A DNA stretch of 63,253 bases, the filler included, from Intoshia linei (taxonomy: Eukaryota > Animalia > Orthonectida), in the NCBI GenBank assembly GCA_001642005.1. It is 3 parts of 3 records of this genome, joined end to end, with 100 filler letters (N's around TTAATTAATTAA, not from the genome) between each part and the next. Parts side by side here need not be neighbours in the genome. Positions count along the whole stretch, not along the records: positions 1 to 15,486 come from LWCA01000907.1; positions 15,587 to 39,593 come from LWCA01000541.1; 1 more part is not named here. One strand, given 5' to 3'. Below, piece after piece: positions 14,673 through 26,638 of the stretch. How positions within the stretch are numbered: the stretch's first letter is position 1; every line of letters starts with the position of its first letter. The position numbers and the translations under genes were made by a program. The notes beneath the pieces were generated by a model that made no database searches, was not told where the DNA came from, and was given only the letters and a program-made list of their open reading frames with translations.

Positions 14673-15486
14673 CTATTTAATTTCATGAATTTCAAAATCC
14701 TCTATCGAAATATTGGGTACATCAGAATCTTCCAGAAGAATATCCGTAACATCATCGATGGAATCCTAAAACCAAGGTTTAAATCAAATTAACAATAAAT
14801 AAAAACTAAATAAACAAGGACCCTAAATTTTTTAACAAATGATGCGTAGTGTCATATGGACCTAGCCACCTCTCCAAGGCTTTTGAGTGATATTTTGAAT
14901 TCAACAAATAAAATAAATATGATATTCAAGAATATATTCTTTTAGTGCTCAATTTGGAAAAATGATGACCTCATCTTATAACAATTTGTATAGACCCACT
15001 TGAAGAAAGGTCTCGGGTACAGTAGATTTGACAATGTAAATAAATACCCTTTCAGTCCTTTCCGTTTTAACTTCAATGGACACGTTTTCAATGGGACTGG
15101 GATTATTTGAATTAGCAAATTTAATTTTATCAAATGGCATATTGAAATGTACAGCAAGTTGTTTATAGTCTTTGGCAACTAAACTATTTTTCGATTTGTA
15201 TGTAATTCCCTTAAATCTGACACCACTTTGAGCCCACTAAAATAAAAATCAATTTAAATTTGTTAAAAATAAAATACCTTTTTTGCCATATTCTGAGTTT
15301 TAAAAGATATTCGCAATTTATCACTGACAATTGAGCATTTCTCAATTTCAGGAAAACCCTAAAAATAGATTTTAAAAATAAAATAACTTTTAAATTTACA
15401 TTGAAATAAATGATGGCATCATCGAAATTTTCTTGAGGGAAGTCTATAACTTCAATAATCTTTGTACGATTATCTACCACAAGATT
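14673..15486 (-). CDS. RBM26: RBM26/RBM27 (swm-like) RNA-binding protein, 3' exons only (15486-15400, 15358-15278, 15236-15048, 14765-14673); truncated by contig end
   Basis: Spliced translation VVDNRTKIIEVIDFPQENFDDAIIYFN|GFPEIEKCSIVSDKLRISFKTQNMAKK|WAQSGVRFKG matches the C-terminal RRM of RBM26/27 (VVDHRPRALEI..PHFAQYGEIE..ITFKTRAEAE..GARFKG) followed by an acidic tail; phase-0 introns, two of them 41 nt. Confidence 0.75.
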
Positions 15487-15586
15487 NNNNNNNNNNNNNN
15501 NNNNNNNNNNNNNNNNNNNNNNNNNNNNNNTTAATTAATTAANNNNNNNNNNNNNNNNNNNNNNNNNNNNNNNNNNNNNNNNNNNN
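15487..15586. other. Artificial contig spacer (N44-TTAATTAATTAA-N44)
   Basis: Exactly 100 nt with a six-frame stop linker; identical to the spacer at 39594-39693. Confidence 0.97.
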
Positions 15587-16245
15587 TCAGAGATATGCTT
15601 CATAGAAGGGACAATGAATTCTGTAAAATACACAAAAGTGCTACAAGACTATTTATTAAATTGCAGGGATTATTTTGATGTGTTTCAACAAGACAATGCA
15701 TCAGTACACGTATCTAAATATACAAAAGAGTGGTTATTAAATAAAGGAATACATTTATTAAAATGGCCTGCTTATAGCCCTGACCTCAATTAAATCGAAA
15801 ATTTATGGGAAATTCTTTGAAGGGATATATACTTACACAATAAACAATATTCATCATTAAAATATCTCAAATTATCCATTATAGCAGCATATGGCAATAT
15901 TAAACAAAATGTAATTAAAAATCTCATTAATTCGATGCCAAGTCGAATTTTTCACGTTATTAAAAAAACGGATATTGTACTAGTTGAAGTTATTAAAACA
16001 TATATTCATTTCATTATCATTAATATTAAGTTATTTTAACTAAATTGTTCTCGACTTTTTTCCAATAGAAATTTGAAGATTTTCTTTAAATTTGATTAAT
16101 TAAGCATAAGTTTTAATTAAATTTTTTTATCTTATTAAATCGAGCAATACTTGTGATTATAATATTATTTCGAAATGGCAAATTTCAATTATTTTAAGGT
16201 TTTAAAATACTTTCTGTAAATGTCCCAAACTTTTTTCTATTAGTG
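15587..16245 (+). mobile_element. Tc1 (DD34E) transposon, 3' half, pseudogenised
   Basis: FQQDNASVH..WPAYSPDLN*IENLW with 34 residues between D and E; in-frame stops; terminal ..AAACTTTTTTCTATTAGTG|TA. Confidence 0.9.
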
Positions 16246-16511
16246 TAGTTAAAAATTTATGAGTAAAAGGTTAATAAGTAATGTATTTATTTTACAAACA
16301 GCTGGGTGTTTTTTGAATCATAAATTGTAATTGTTTTATGACAATTTTATGTTTACGCAATACGTAATGTATTTTATGCTGTTGAAGACATCATAAATGG
16401 TAACATCAAAAAAGGTAATTTTCACGTTAAAAAACCAGATTACCATTTTTTTTTTATTTCGAAACTATTTTATTAAAACAAAAAATTTAAAATAATTAAT
16501 AGTTCTACAAT

Positions 16512-17130
16512 CAGAGCCGTTTTAAAAAATGGGCAATATGGGCTGTAGCCCAGGGTCACTCATTAAAAAAGGCAACCAAATTAATAAAAGTACTTTACCT
16601 TTATATTTTAAAAAAAAGCCCCAATTTATTAAAAAATACCCCAATTTCTTTCAATGATGACTGCAAATTGCAAATGTGAAAGAACTTTTTCTAGACTAAA
16701 AATAGTTAAGAATGAACTTCGAAATTGCTTAGCTCAACCTCGTTTGAATGCGCTCTCATTAATGTCATATTATAATCAGTTTTGATAATATCATATCTAA
16801 TTTTTCTCAGAAAAAAGTGAGAAAACAACATTTCTGAAAAATTGTCAAGAATTTTTTGTGATTGCATAGTGCATATTTTCAACAAAGTAAACTTTGTTCA
16901 TTAATTAAGTAAGTTTTTGTTAAAAAAATAAAAGTTACTAGAAACCTACATAATATCTTTTAATGCTTTTATTAATGCTCAAAGAAATAAGACTCTAAGT
17001 CTTCAACCAACAGTATGGCCTGTCTTCTAAAAAGGGGCCCTAAAATTTTTTAATCGTTTCGCTCCAAACTTTAAAGGGCCTTCGGCCCTTTGCTTAGCCC
17101 AGAGCCACGAAGTGGCTTAAGACGGCTCTG
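16512..17130 (+). mobile_element. Non-autonomous hAT element nested in a Helitron-family copy
   Basis: TIR CAGAGCCGT(T/C)TTAA; near 8-bp TSD TCTACAAT/CTTACAAT; hAT dimerisation remnant CERTFSRLKIVKNELRNCLAQPRLNALSLM; Helitron-family sequence resumes on both sides (about 16390-16511 and 17131-17390). Confidence 0.88.
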
Positions 17131-18322
17131 CTTACAATTGAAAAAAAGATTATTCTGATAGAGCTTATTCAATTTGATATAAATAGAAAATTTCAACCCC
17201 AGAAGTCTATGCATTCCCGGTGAAAAATAATTTTTAATATATTATCAACCAATATTTTTCAAATGTTAAATTAAAAGTAAAATAATCATACAATTTCAAA
17301 AAAAAGTGCATTGAACTTCTACACATTTCCAATAAATAAATATGGGTGAAAATCTATATAACTGATTCCTTCCGATTTTTCATATTAAAATGTTTCATGT
17401 ATATTCAAACACAGTATTAGTTATGGCCTATAATATTTTTTTTATTCTAGGACAATTAGTTATTATTATTTCTCACATAAAATTTTACCAATCTTTTAAA
17501 AAATAAAGAAAATAAGTACAGAACTGAATTACAATAAAAATACCTCATCTAAACAAATTTCAACTAGAAACTGATATTTTGATTGTGTTTTTGTTAGAAT
17601 ACAATTGGGAGGTAAATCCAGTTCATTCAAATCTATATAATTATGAGAATAATAAACAGAAGCGATATGATCGTTAAAACAGATCCGAACATAACGTACC
17701 AAGACACTCTTATGGGCCTCGAAAAAAATTTTGTAAAATGTGCTTATTTAAAAATATATTCTAGATTCCATTAATATTAATAGAACAGTGTATCCCAAAT
17801 AGTGCACCGCGGCGCATTCATGCGCCGAAAGCTGAATCTGATTTTTTTTTTTTGACAATCTATAATTTAAAATTATAAAAATATTTTATAATAAGATATA
17901 ATAACAATACTAAGTATAAGTCTTATTGAGCCTCTTTATAAAATATCATGCAACTCAAATCGGTATAAAGTTTTTATATATTCCAAAATATATTAGTTAT
18001 TATAATTTCAGTTGGTCAAAATTATTAAAAATTAATTACCCAAATTTATTCTCAAAATAGCGGGACTAATTTCATTGGTACGAATTTCGTATTCTTCGTG
18101 TTCAATTTTTTTATCCTGTTCAATAAAATTGTACATTCAAATTAAAGTTCATTTAAAATTAAGTTACTGAGAAATTCTCAGTGAGAATGACAAATGTTAA
18201 GTTTTAAAGTATTTTTCTAACAATTTTTTGAGATTCGTGAAATATAACATTATACAATGAAGCATTTATCAAACAATATATTCTGTCTCAATTAAAATAT
18301 TTATTAACACAATATATGATTT

Positions 18323-19937
18323 TCAAAGCAATATATTATCGGATATTTTAGATTGGAGAGAATTATTTTTTAAAACAAGCCGATTATTTTCAATTTTTAG
18401 GGTATTTATCTCTTGATGTAATTTTTTTATATGCATTGTTACATTACTTTTTATTTTTTCTAGACAAAAATAAAAATGATTAAAATAAAGCATACCTATA
18501 ACAGATTCAATAGTTGTATAAACGTTTTCGTTGAATATCTTGGATAAGTCAATTTCTTGATGAAAATTTGGATTATGAAAACTGTTAGTTATATTATTAT
18601 CATTATTAGAAAAAGGGTCAACCGATAAATATTTACAATCCTCTTGAGTAGAAATTGAATTATCTGTGGTTGGTTGGAGTTTAACTGGATCCGTTTCAAT
18701 TTTAACTTGAACAATGTCAATGGAACCTTTCGGTTCAATCTGTGAACCTAATTTATTCAATTCAGAGATTAGTGAAAGTGGAGGTTCTTGGGAGGTAGAT
18801 TGTACTTTTTTATTTGAATTATCTGATTCATTACAAGTTAAAGAGGTGTTACTATTAACTTGCTTTACTTTTTTAAGAATTTCAAAGTTCTTGTGTTTGT
18901 CGCCACTTTCAATTTGATCAATTGTACTGTTAATTAGTTTCAATGATGTTAAAACTGATAATGAGTTGAGTTTATTGTCCACGGTTAGGTTATTGTTATG
19001 CTTGGATTCATTCTTTATAGAATCATCTTTTTTCAACATGGATGCAGGATAATCAGAAACAGATTGTTCACTACGTTTCAATAAAAAAGCCTTAGTTTTA
19101 ATCGGACTTAATATTTTAGCAATTTTAATGTTTCTGTGTTTATCAACACTTTGAATTTCGTCAATTGTATTATTAATTAATTTTAAAGGTGTTAAAACTG
19201 ATAGTTGTTCCAGCTCATTTTTCATAATTATTTTACTGCCATGTTTGAAGTCTTTTTTATCTCTATAATCCTCTTTTTTTAAAATCTTACAATGTTTCAA
19301 CTTAAAGGGGTTAGCTGGTGATCTAAAAAATTATAATTAATCTAAAACTTAAAAGTATACGTAACGTAAGGTTCAAATTCATTAAGAGTCGTGACACATT
19401 TATCTCTGTGGTGATATCTAATATGATACGCCATGCTAGTAGCTTTAATAGCTTTGTTACAATATTGACAGGTTATAAGATTAATTTCTTTACCACAAAA
19501 TTTAACATGAGTATTTTTAAAATATTGTGGTTGCACAAAAACTTTATCGCAATTTTTACATTTGAGTCGTTTTGCAATTTTATAAACTCTATCACTGTCA
19601 ATTTCAACAAATGTATCGTTCAGCTAAATTTAAAAGTCGAAATACAATGTAGTAAAATTGATGTAAATTAAAATTTAATTATTATTAACAATATAAACCT
19701 TTTCCATATAATGGTCCACAGCCCAATGTTCAATTTCATTTCCTTGTATTTTTTTATGGCAAAGTTTGCATGTGAAAATTTTTACATCTATATTTTTATA
19801 GTCTCTTTTAATAATCTCATTTTACCTTGTTGATTAATAAATTTTTCAAGTTTTTTAGATTTTGACAATGTAAAATGACTCGACACATCGTTATGCCAAT
19901 TTTTTAGTCTTTTTTTTGATCGTTTCATTGAAATCAT
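18323..19937 (-). CDS. Zinc-finger protein with C-terminal TSC22 box/leucine zipper (~475 aa). Exons 19937-19826, 19787-19699, 19623-19361, 19322-18496, 18459-18323
   Basis: Five phase-compatible exons with GT-AG introns of 38, 75, 38 and 36 nt. Fingers: CKLC..EHWAVDH, CKNC..THVKFC, CQYC..YHIRYHH. C-terminus IESVI|EKIKSNVTMHIKKLHQEINTLKIENNRLVLKNNSLQSK aligns without gaps to the TSC box of the neighbouring gene. Confidence 0.8.
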
Positions 19938-20497
19938 TATATTTTTAACTTTATTATTTTATAACAAAATTTTTTATTGATTTCTACACAACTTACATGG
20001 AGATTTAAAAATATACACAATTTTCACTATAAAAAAAATTTACTACGCAACGTGTGTTTATAAAATATTTTTCCTTTTACAATATATACTTTTATCTAGG
20101 TTATTTACAAATTAAGTTAATACTTAACACTTAGTACCAATTTAATAAATACTTAAAAATACCAAGTATGTATAAATAATTAACGGAATCAGCACTTTAT
20201 AAACATTTCATGTGAATTTTACTAAAATTGCAAAGGATTGTAATAAATATAAAAATGATAATAATAAAGTTGTATTAATTTTAGTAATTCGTTGTTGTAA
20301 TTTTACTTTAAATTTTAAACAAAATCTTTTGAAAATGAAAATTTGAGATTAAAAAATTTCGTAGCAATAAAAATGATATAGAATCTTCTAGAATGATAAC
20401 ACAGAGACAGACAAAAAGTTATATATATAAGTTAAGGATAAATTATATGTAAAAATAATAAAACAGATAATATAAACATATAATTATAAATTATGTA

Positions 20498-23173
20498 CTA
20501 TCTTTTATCATGATCATCTATATTTTTTCGAAAATGCATATTTTTAAGATTATTAAGAGTGTCACTATCAGCCCTGGATTTGAGAAAATGGTTTTCAATT
20601 GACATTTGTTTATTATCCATTTGTAAATTGTTAATTTGATCTTTTAAACCCTTAACTTCATTAGCAATATTGTTTTTAATAATTTCTAAATTAAAATTAA
20701 TGAAAAATGTAGTAAAAACATACGCATAGTTGACTCAATAGAACTGAAATACTTTTGGGTGAAAATGGGATTATAATTTTCACTTTCGTTGAGTTTTTCA
20801 TTAATTACAGAAATATTTGGAATTTTAATATTTTTGATGGGATCAGGAATATTAGTTGATTCATCCCTTTTATTCTTTAAATCTTTTTTTATTGTAAAAT
20901 TTTGGAAAATTAAATTATTTACATCGAGTATCTTGGAACCAAAATCATAAGAATCTGGATCGGAAGGTTTAATAATTTTTTCTTCAATTTGTACAAATAT
21001 TTTATCAAATTCGGTTTTTGAAGTAGGAGAAATAATACCGTCATTTTTACATTTGGCATTTGGTTGTAAAGTTTTGATATTGGGTACTGTAGCATAGTTT
21101 GGATTTTTATATTTTTTTTCCTTTTCTGGAATTTGACTAACGCTTTCAGTTCTTTGACATTTTGTAGCTGGAGCAGCAAATTTCATTTCATTTTTGTACT
21201 TTGTAGTATCGTCTTTTTTTAAAATTTTATCTCTAGAATCTTTTTTGGTGAGATCTGGGTGTTGATTTATTTTTTCTCGTAAATGTGCATGAGTTTTTTC
21301 TTTCTTTGGTTCTTTCCTAGCTTCTTTATGAAATTCTTCCTTTTTATCTTTTTTACAGATTTGAGCTTCATTGGTTTCTTTAACAATTTTTTCCTTTTTC
21401 GAAGCATTTATTGCATTTTCCAAATCTTTGTGTACGGTTTTTACTTTTTTTAAAACTGTAATCTGGCCATCTTTTTCTCTCGTTTTTTCTTTTCTTATAA
21501 ATGATTGTATTTCAATTTCCTTAGGTGCAGTTTTATTCACTTCACCTTTAAAATTGTCATTTTCTTTCATCAATTTATCCTTTTTTAAACATGGTTGGTT
21601 ATCAGATTCTTTAAGTAATCTTTCCTTTTTGATTGTTACATTTTCACAGATGTCTTTGAAATATTTTTCTTTTTTTGTTGCATTTAAAAATCCTGCATCA
21701 CAGTCCTTTTTAAGTTTAACGTTTTTTTTGATAATTTGAATTTCAGAATCCTTACTAGCTTGTTTTTCGTTTTTAAGAGATACACAAATGTGGGCATCAA
21801 CGTCTTTAGGTTTGTCAATTTTGTTTGCATTAGAAACAAAAGATTCAGCAGATTCTTTTCGTATAATTTTAGATTTTTTCGTAATATTTAGTTGATTTTC
21901 AATTTGTTCCTTAAGAATTTTATCCTTTTTAAGTGGTAAACTAATTTGAGAATCAATACAATCTTTTTTCAAATTTTTTTTATTGATTGAAACTTGATCA
22001 ATTTTTTCCTTTTTTGGAATAAATTTTTTAACATCTGGTAAATCATTGATAGTTAATTTATCCATTTTTACGGATATGCATTTTTGAATTTCACCTTCTT
22101 TTTTTTCCTTTTTAATACAAGCTGGATTTTCCGTGATTTTTATCCTTTCTTTATCTAGTTTAAAAGAATTTTTATCTTTTTTCCCAGCGATACATACATT
22201 TTTTGTGGAATTAATTTCAGTTTTAGGAATATCAATTTTTGATCCACATTTAAAACAATCCTCTTTGGGAACTTTGTCCTTTTTAAATGTAGAACTAATA
22301 TCGTTTTGAGCATCAAACTCCTTTTTAAATTTGACTTCAGTTTTATTTTTGGTGGATAAATCCAAAAGAGTTTCTTTATGATCAATATGCATTGTTGAGT
22401 GTGCTTTAACAGTATTGATTAAAGAAGAATTAAATTTCATTGAATTTGCATAATCAACGCTAATATTTCCTGTATATAATGCATTTTTTTGTTTTTTAAT
22501 GTCTGTATTATTATTGTGAGCTTTAACCACATTTGAATCATCATAATTTCTAGAATTTAATTCATTTGTTTGACTAGAAATGGACATAATTGAAACAAAA
22601 TTGGGATTTGAAATTCCATGAGTAACATTTTGATTAGTCATATTATTAATAAATTTTTGAGAGTTATCATTAGATATTTTTCGTACAAATGTATTTACTT
22701 CAGCTGCATTGACATTTTTTTGTTTGTCTTTAACTTTATCGTTAAAATTTCTAGAAACGTCATCTCCTATATTTCCAAAACAAAAATTAAATTCTTGAGT
22801 AGGGCTATAATCCAAACAATTCCAATTTCCCCGAGTAAATTGTTTAGATTTAGTTTTAACCTTAAACCGACCTTTCTCCTTGACATCCTCATAAATAGGC
22901 ATGTCATTTGGAGATATTGGAACCATTCGAATTCGTTCATTCATCAACTGTCTTATAAAACAAATTACAGCTCCATTCAATGGATCCTTCTTAACTTTTA
23001 CAGTTTGATTTTCTTGGCTTGGAAATCTGAAACAATAATCAATAATTGCATTTAAAATAATACTTTTCGTTCAATTTATTCTTTTGTATATTCATGTTCA
23101 AATTTTCATTTTCTAAATTGCCTGAAATTGGAATAGTGTTAAATGCGTCTTCATGACTGTCAGAAATCGACAT
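20498..23173 (-). CDS. TSC22D: TSC22-domain family protein, long (bunched/TSC22D-like) form, ~866 aa. Exons 23173-23064, 23026-20724, 20685-20498
   Basis: N-terminal motif GRFKVKTKSKQFTRGNWNCLDY (compare SRFRVVK..FKKGRWTCTEFY); spliced C-terminus IESTM|QIIKNNIANEVKGLKDQINNLQMDNKQMSIENHFLKSRADSDTL is a TSC box plus leucine zipper; introns 37 and 38 nt. Confidence 0.88.
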
Positions 23174-25112
23174 ACGTTTTATAAAGTCAATATAAAGAAT
23201 ATAGGATTAGTGTAGATTGGAAATTTCCAGTAGTTATATTTTCACCCAGAGTAAATAAAATGAAGCATTCAATTTGGTTCAAAGCTACTTTATATAGTAA
23301 CAGCTTATTTAAAGTTTCAATCATAACTTTTAATCAAATGGGAGCAATATTTAGTTTTAAAATATTTTACAAATAAAATTAATAAAATTCTTGCTATATT
23401 TTTGCATTATTATTTTTAAACATAATTACTATGACTATCTTGCTGTAATTAAAATTATAGCAACAATAATAAAGTCATTGTTATACCCAATTTATTCAAA
23501 ATTACGTCAAAAATATTTTTAAATTAAAATATAGTCATTTCTGGATAATTAATAATTATACCATGAAATGATTTAAATTGATCTAATTTAACTTACGCGT
23601 TTGTCAATTAATATTAATAAAAAATGAAAATTACCAAAATTCATTCAAATATTTAAAATAAGTTACAATTAAAATTCTAGCTTCTTTGAGATTTGTTAAA
23701 ATTAATACGCTCCACAATATTAAAATTTTCTCAACTTGTTAATAAAATATGCATGAAATAATTTAATTAATGTGAAATAATAATGTGCGTTATTTTACGT
23801 TCAATTTGATTGGCTACAGATATAAATGTTGATTACAACTAAGTTACATATTTGGCGCAAGTCTGTAAGGCAGATAATAAATAAAAAGAATTGATTTTTT
23901 CATTTTAATGCATACACACATGTTTATCATCTATTGAGAAAATTATTAGCGTTAATTTACGCTGACACCGTGGAAGACATTGTCAGGTATATTTTTTTTA
24001 ATACAGAGTAGTGCACTGATATAAACACTATTGTGCATCTATATAAATACTAGTGTGCATTCATATACGGACCATTTTAACTTTTGATTGTATATACACT
24101 GCATTATATCTCTCATTATATTATAACTCGGAATGGATTCGATATCTGTTAACGTATCTGTTAGCGTTAATGTATATATAAAGACAATTTTATATTACAG
24201 TCACGCTCCGTGGGTCCTTTACTTGTATAAAAATGAATGTCTCCGTGTCTATGTAAATTTATTAAAACCATTTATTGAAAAAATTGACAGTCGCAAAATT
24301 AAAAAAACTCAATTTCTAATACAATTTTTCACAGAGCGTGTTTTTATCTATTTTTCAGTTTCACAATTTGAGTCTGTCATGGTCAAAAACATAATTACTC
24401 CTTTTGTTTAAAAAAATCAGACTATAATTTAATAAAACATATATTATGGGACGCGTTTTAAACTCATTAACATTGTCGTTAATCTCAGCCTGAAAAACGC
24501 ATACCTTCTTGTCAATACCCCAAATGACCCTTTGTTTTAAAAATGAAACATGTCCTAAATTTTTTTTAAACGTAAATTCTGAGATAGTTTTTAAAATCAT
24601 AAACATAATAATAAATGGAAACTTCAAAAAAATAATTTTCACGATCAAAATCCACATTACCATTCTTTTTTAAAATCAAAATAGCCCTAGAATGGCATGT
24701 TTTTAACTATTAGATATACGAACTCAGACTGAAATTACTATATATACAAACATGTATCTTACAGTATTATTTCATGTTAAATATCAAAGTAAAATTGTAT
24801 TTGTTTAGGAAAATTTCCAAGTTTCTCAATAATAATTCGAAATACATTAAAAATTATTGATAGCAAAAAAATAAATATACAATAAATTTATCAAGTGTCT
24901 GTCCTTTTTATTAATTAATAATTATTAAATGGTATAAAATACATCATTAAAATAATATTTCAATGACCTTTTTATAAAAGAATATTGAAAAGGGATACAA
25001 TAAAAATAAAAAAATATTTGGAACAACTATAATTTATATTTACATAATTATATAATTACACACTATGTATTAGGGTTGCCCTAATTTAAAATTTTTTTAA
25101 TTTTTTATAGAC

Positions 25113-25325
25113 CAGTGGTTTTCAACCTTTTTGTGTTCGCGACCCATTATAAACATAAAAAATTTTCTATATACTCCAAACATATCTTATCAATTCACAT
25201 AAATGAAAATATTAAAAAAGCATATTCAGTTTTATTTATATTTTATACTGTGTTCAAATTCTCACAACCCCCTGATAAATTTCGCGACCCCTCTAGCGGT
25301 CTGGACCCCCAGTTGAAAATTACTG
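25113..25325. mobile_element. hAT (Charlie-like) MITE
   Basis: TIR CAGTGGTTTTCAAC / GTTGAAAATTACTG; 8-bp TSD TTATAGAC/CTATAGAC; a partial second copy lies on the minus strand at about 60870-60927. Confidence 0.88.
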
Positions 25326-26123
25326 CTATAGACCATTAGCCTACCTACATGTACATTGTACGTATGAATGAAATATTTATAATTATTGATTGTTCTTAAG
25401 AAAATATTACTAACAAATTTTAACTTTTAGAGTATTTTCCGCCCTTGAGCACTAATATAACATTAGTGTAATCGTAAAATTTATCACAGGTGTGTACATT
25501 AATGGAACAAAAAAAAGTTTCAATTGGCCCTCCAGAAATATTTACTATGAAAAATATGTCCACCCACTATGTGTATTATAAAGGTCAATATAATAATAAA
25601 ATAAACTCATGTATAATAAAAAACCGTCGCAATTCCTCTATTCTTAAATTCTTTTATATACAATGAATGTCGATAAAATTTATCTTGTATTATTTATTTG
25701 ACGTAAATAAAATACCTTCAGTACTTGTTAAAAAATTAATAAAAACTATAATTTTAAGTTTACTGCGTTTTCAACAAGTTTGTTTGTTTCTCAATGGATA
25801 AATGGCAAATTAACGCGACACAACAAATTAAAAATATTAAACTAAAATATACATCTGCCAGAAAAATAAATTCCAATAAGTATATTTAACCTAAAAATGC
25901 TACTATCACTATTATCAATCATTTAAAAAAATGGTTCCAAACTTATTACACGTGGACTCGTCATATCATATTACCTTTTAAATTAAAGTGAATTATTCCA
26001 GGTTAAATTTATTTTGTTAACATTTGTGTAAAAATTTTTTTAAAGTTGCTATGCCATTCATTTAATTTATTATACAGGTCATCAGAACGTGTGTATAATA
26101 TTAAAAATAAAGTAAATACAGTC

Positions 26124-26312
26124 CAATCCTAAAAATTGTGATAAATAGCATAAATTCCAGAAAAAATAAAATTAAGAAACCTATTTTGTCATTTTCAATG
26201 TGATGACATATATTCAGTATCAATTTAATAAATAAATCCTAAAAATTGTCATAAATAGCATAAATTCCAGAAAAAATAAAATTATAAACCTATTTTGTCA
26301 TTTTTAATGTGA
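26124..26312. repeat. Local tandem duplication (~110-bp period) of a dispersed repeat
   Basis: AATCCTAAAAATTGT..ATAAATAGCATAAATTCCAGAAAAAATAAAATTA..AAACCTATTTTGTCATTTT occurs twice; related sequence near 20160-20370, 26320-26500, 40820-40920 and 41860-41960. Confidence 0.8.
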
Positions 26313-26638
26313 TTAAAAATACCAATTATATATCAACAATTAACGGAATCAGCACTTAAAAACATATTTGAGATGAATTTTACCAATATTGCAAACCATT
26401 ATAGTAAATATAAAAATAATAATAACAAATTTGTATTACAAAGTAATTCGTTGTTGTAGTTTTAATTTAAATTTTAAAATGAGAATCAAAAATTGCGTAG
26501 CAATGAAAAAAACCCGAAAAAATCAATTATATAGATTTCCGCCCTGTAACGATTGGCAGATAAGAACTCTGATAAGTTCATCTTAAATAAAAAGATGTCC
26601 AAATTTCGATTTGAACCTAGCCACGCAGGATACAATTT

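Noticed and set aside
15048-15180. KDYKQLAVHF..SP initially looked like a death domain
   Set aside because: Upstream exons identify the gene as RBM26/27; the segment is the end of the RRM and the linker.
15531-15542. TTAATTAATTAA palindrome as a biological motif
   Set aside because: Centred in N runs at both gaps; an assembly linker.
22618-23055. Plus-strand ORFs opposite the TSC22 gene (also 21371-21739) and similar antisense ORFs over ATAD3 and BAZ2
   Set aside because: Shadow ORFs of real coding exons; no independent motifs.
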